Positions 62,277-64,000 of a stretch of DNA of 64,000 nt are shown here, one piece after another; the first letter of the stretch is position 1, and each line of letters opens with the position of its first letter. Origin of the DNA: Haloferula sp. (lineage in GTDB: Bacteria; Verrucomicrobiota; Verrucomicrobiia; Verrucomicrobiales; Akkermansiaceae). The stretch is from assembly GCA_037190465.1 (NCBI GenBank), contig JBBCJF010000024.1, positions 18,039 to 82,038 of the forward strand, read 5' to 3'. A program made the position numbers and the translations under genes. Below the pieces are notes generated by a model. That model had not been told where the DNA came from, ran no database searches, and was given only the letters and a program-made list of their open reading frames with translations.

Positions 62277-62657
62277 TCAGTCCTTCTTCGCGGTATAGTC
62301 GAAGACGAGAGCCTTTTCGAGCAGCGGCTTGAGCTTGGCGACGAATTCCTGGTGGGCTTCGTGCGGGATGTAGACTTCGAGACCTGCCTTGTCCTTGAAG
62401 GTGACGAGGAAGCAGTGGGTGAAGCCGTCGTTGAGGCCCTCGACACTCTCGCTCGGCCCCCATTCGAAGCCGGTGATGGTGTCGATCTTCTGAGGCAGTT
62501 CGGCGAAGGCTTTTTCGATCTCCCGCACCTTGTCGGCGGTGGCCTCGGGCTTGAATTTGAAAAGCACGACGTGGCGGAACTCGCCCTCGGCGGCGGCCAG
62601 GGTGGCAAGGGCGGCGGAAACGGCGGCGGTGGCGAGCATTCTACGCATGAAAACCAT
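62277..62657 (-). CDS. Dabb (stress-responsive alpha/beta barrel) family protein with a signal peptide
   Basis: FRHVVLFKFKPEATADKVREIEKAF..GFEWG..THCFLVTFKD..LEVYIPHEAHQEF matches the family. Confidence 0.85.
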   Translation of the reverse strand: MVFMRRMLATAAVSAALATLAAAEGEFRHVVLFKFKPEATADKVREIEKAFAELPQKIDTITGFEWGPSESVEGLNDGFTHCFLVTFKDKAGLEVYIPHEAHQEFVAKLKPLLEKALVFDYTAKKD

Positions 62658-62713
62658 GGTCGCCGCCCGGGGCCGGGTGTCAAACCCGCGTTGCCGGTGA
62701 GAAAGGCAAGGGG

Positions 62714-63592
62714 TCACCTCGTGACCTCGGTGCCGATGCCGCCGTCGGTGAAGATTTCCAGCAGCAAGGCGTGGGGCAGGCGGCCGTCGATGAAGTGGAC
62801 CTTGCGCACGCCGGCGTTGAGGGCATCGACGGCGCTCCTGATCTTGGGAATCATGCCGCCGGAGATGGTGCCGTCGGCCATCAGGTCGTCGGCTTCGGCG
62901 CGGCTGACGGATTTGATGAGGGTGTCGGGGTTCGACGGGTCGCGCATCAGGCCGGGCACGTCGGAGAGATAGACGAGCTTGGCCACGCGCAGCTCCTTGG
63001 CCAGCGCGGCGGCGGCGAGGTCGGCGTTGATGTTGAGCGGGCGGCCGGTGGCGAGTTCGGCGGCGAGCGGGGAGATCACGGGGACGATGCCGGCCCGGTG
63101 CGCGGCATCCATCTGGCCGAGCTGGCAGCCGACGACTTCGCCGACGCGGCCGAGGTCGACTCGGGAGCCGTCCGGGCCGGTGGCGTGCATTTTTTCGCCG
63201 AGGAAAACGTCGGTGCCGGCGATGCCCACCGCTTTGCCGCCGAAGTCGCGGATCATGCGGACGAGACCGGGGTTGAGCTCGTTGGAGAGGACTTTTTCGA
63301 CGATGGAAATCGCTTCGTCGGAGGTAACGCGGAAGCCGCCGACGAATTCGGCGTCGAGGCCGGCTTCCTTCATCGCGGCCGAGATGGCCTTGCCGCCGCC
63401 GTGGACGACGATGGGGTTGATGCCGGCGACTTCGAGGAAGACGATATCGCGCATGACTTTGGCGACGAGGTCGGGGTCCTCCATCGCGGAGCCGCCCATC
63501 TTGATGAGGAAGGTCTTGCCGCGGAAGGCCTGGAGATAGGGAAGCGCTTCGATCAGGGCTTCGGCTTTCGCGATGGGATGCTGGAGGGCCAT
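62714..63592 (-). CDS. argB: Acetylglutamate kinase
   Basis: ALPYLQAFRGKTFLIKMGGSAM..NPIVVHGGG..GFRVT..INADLAA..LVYLSDVPG..GGMIPK matches the family. The start is at the internal ATG (MALQHP), because the upstream ORF part runs into a REPIN. Confidence 0.95.
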   Translation of the reverse strand: MALQHPIAKAEALIEALPYLQAFRGKTFLIKMGGSAMEDPDLVAKVMRDIVFLEVAGINPIVVHGGGKAISAAMKEAGLDAEFVGGFRVTSDEAISIVEKVLSNELNPGLVRMIRDFGGKAVGIAGTDVFLGEKMHATGPDGSRVDLGRVGEVVGCQLGQMDAAHRAGIVPVISPLAAELATGRPLNINADLAAAALAKELRVAKLVYLSDVPGLMRDPSNPDTLIKSVSRAEADDLMADGTISGGMIPKIRSAVDALNAGVRKVHFIDGRLPHALLLEIFTDGGIGTEVTR

Positions 63593-63639
63593 GCGGGGAA
63601 TTCGAAGTTCTAAGTGCCAAATTCCAAGTTCCAAATTCT

Positions 63640-63762
63640 CCGGGAGCGCGGAGCCCCGGCTCCGCAGAAGCCCGGGGGCGGCCCGACCGAACAATGCGAA
63701 CCCGCTACGGGCAGCGGGGATCGTCGGCGGTTCGTGCGGAGCTGGGGCTCCGCGCTCCCGGG
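63640..63762. repeat. REPIN-like doublet, copy 3 (divergent spacer)
   Basis: The arms are CCGGGAGCGCGGAGCCCCGGCTCCGCAGAAG and the reverse complement CCCCGGGAGCGCGGAGCCCCAGCTCCGCACGAA. The spacer is unrelated to copies 1 and 2. Confidence 0.75.
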
Positions 63763-63765
63763 GAG

Positions 63766-64000
63766 TCAGCGCTTTTTCTTTTTGGGGGATTTCTTCGCGG
63801 CTTTTTTGGCGGGAGCCGCCGCTTTTTTCGCGGCTTTCCTGGCGGGTGGAGCGGGAGGTTCAGTGACCGGGGGCGGGGTTTCGACCGCGGTTGCGGGGGA
63901 GGCCGGGACGGCGGTTTTTTTCCCCGGCAGGAAAAGCCGGGTCAGGCCCGCGCCGAGAGGGGCGGCGAGGAAGGCGAAGGGCAGGGGCAGCAGGGCGTTG
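63766..64000 (-). CDS. Hypothetical protein, C-terminal part (5' end outside the window), with a Lys/Ala-rich tail
   Basis: The minus-strand frame is open from the window edge to the TGA at 63766-63768. It encodes ..NALLPLPFAFLAAPLGAGLTRLFLPGKK..PPARKAAKKAAAPAKKAAKKSPKKKKR. It is missing from the ORF track because no start codon lies inside the window. Confidence 0.45.
   Translation of the reverse strand, partial: NALLPLPFAFLAAPLGAGLTRLFLPGKKTAVPASPATAVETPPPVTEPPAPPARKAAKKAAAPAKKAAKKSPKKKKR

Overview
High-GC (roughly 65%) bacterial chromosomal window on which I place about 55 protein-coding genes. The gene content suggests a Verrucomicrobiota-like organism: PEP-CTERM sorting tails, giant LamG/PKD/autotransporter-beta-strand proteins, thrombospondin-type-3 repeats, and an ECF sigma paired with a FecR-like anti-sigma. 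This taxonomic call is inference, not a database hit. Housekeeping genes are ileS-lspA, acnA, metE with divergent metR, argB, trmL, avtA-like, a UDP-xylose synthase, two MATE exporters, an MsbA-like ABC exporter and a TonB-dependent receptor. Accessory content includes two type II toxin-antitoxin pairs (VapBC-like and HipBA), a B12-radical-SAM/membrane-protein cluster, and a histidine-rich permease pair. I found no rRNA, tRNA or CRISPR array. The ORF track's first codon is often TTG or GTG, so I re-derived starts from internal ATGs, ATGA/GTGA overlaps and family N-termini. Many long ORFs in the track are GC-driven antisense artefacts.

The points most worth a second look are these:
- A RAYT-like HUH transposase has a REP doublet in its 5' end, and at least three REPIN-like doublets of the same hairpin family lie in intergenic regions.
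- Two further families of structured inverted-repeat elements are present.
- A 15-nt palindrome occurs twice upstream of an IspH-like protein that has lost its Fe-S cysteines, and once upstream of a membrane-protein/winged-helix regulator operon.
- A candidate structured small RNA sits between two minus-strand intrinsic terminators at 35.33-35.66 kb.
- An ECF sigma/anti-sigma operon has an anti-sigma sensor domain that resembles a module repeated in the co-encoded 1,100-aa exoprotein.

All functional calls come from motif recognition by eye. No searches were run.
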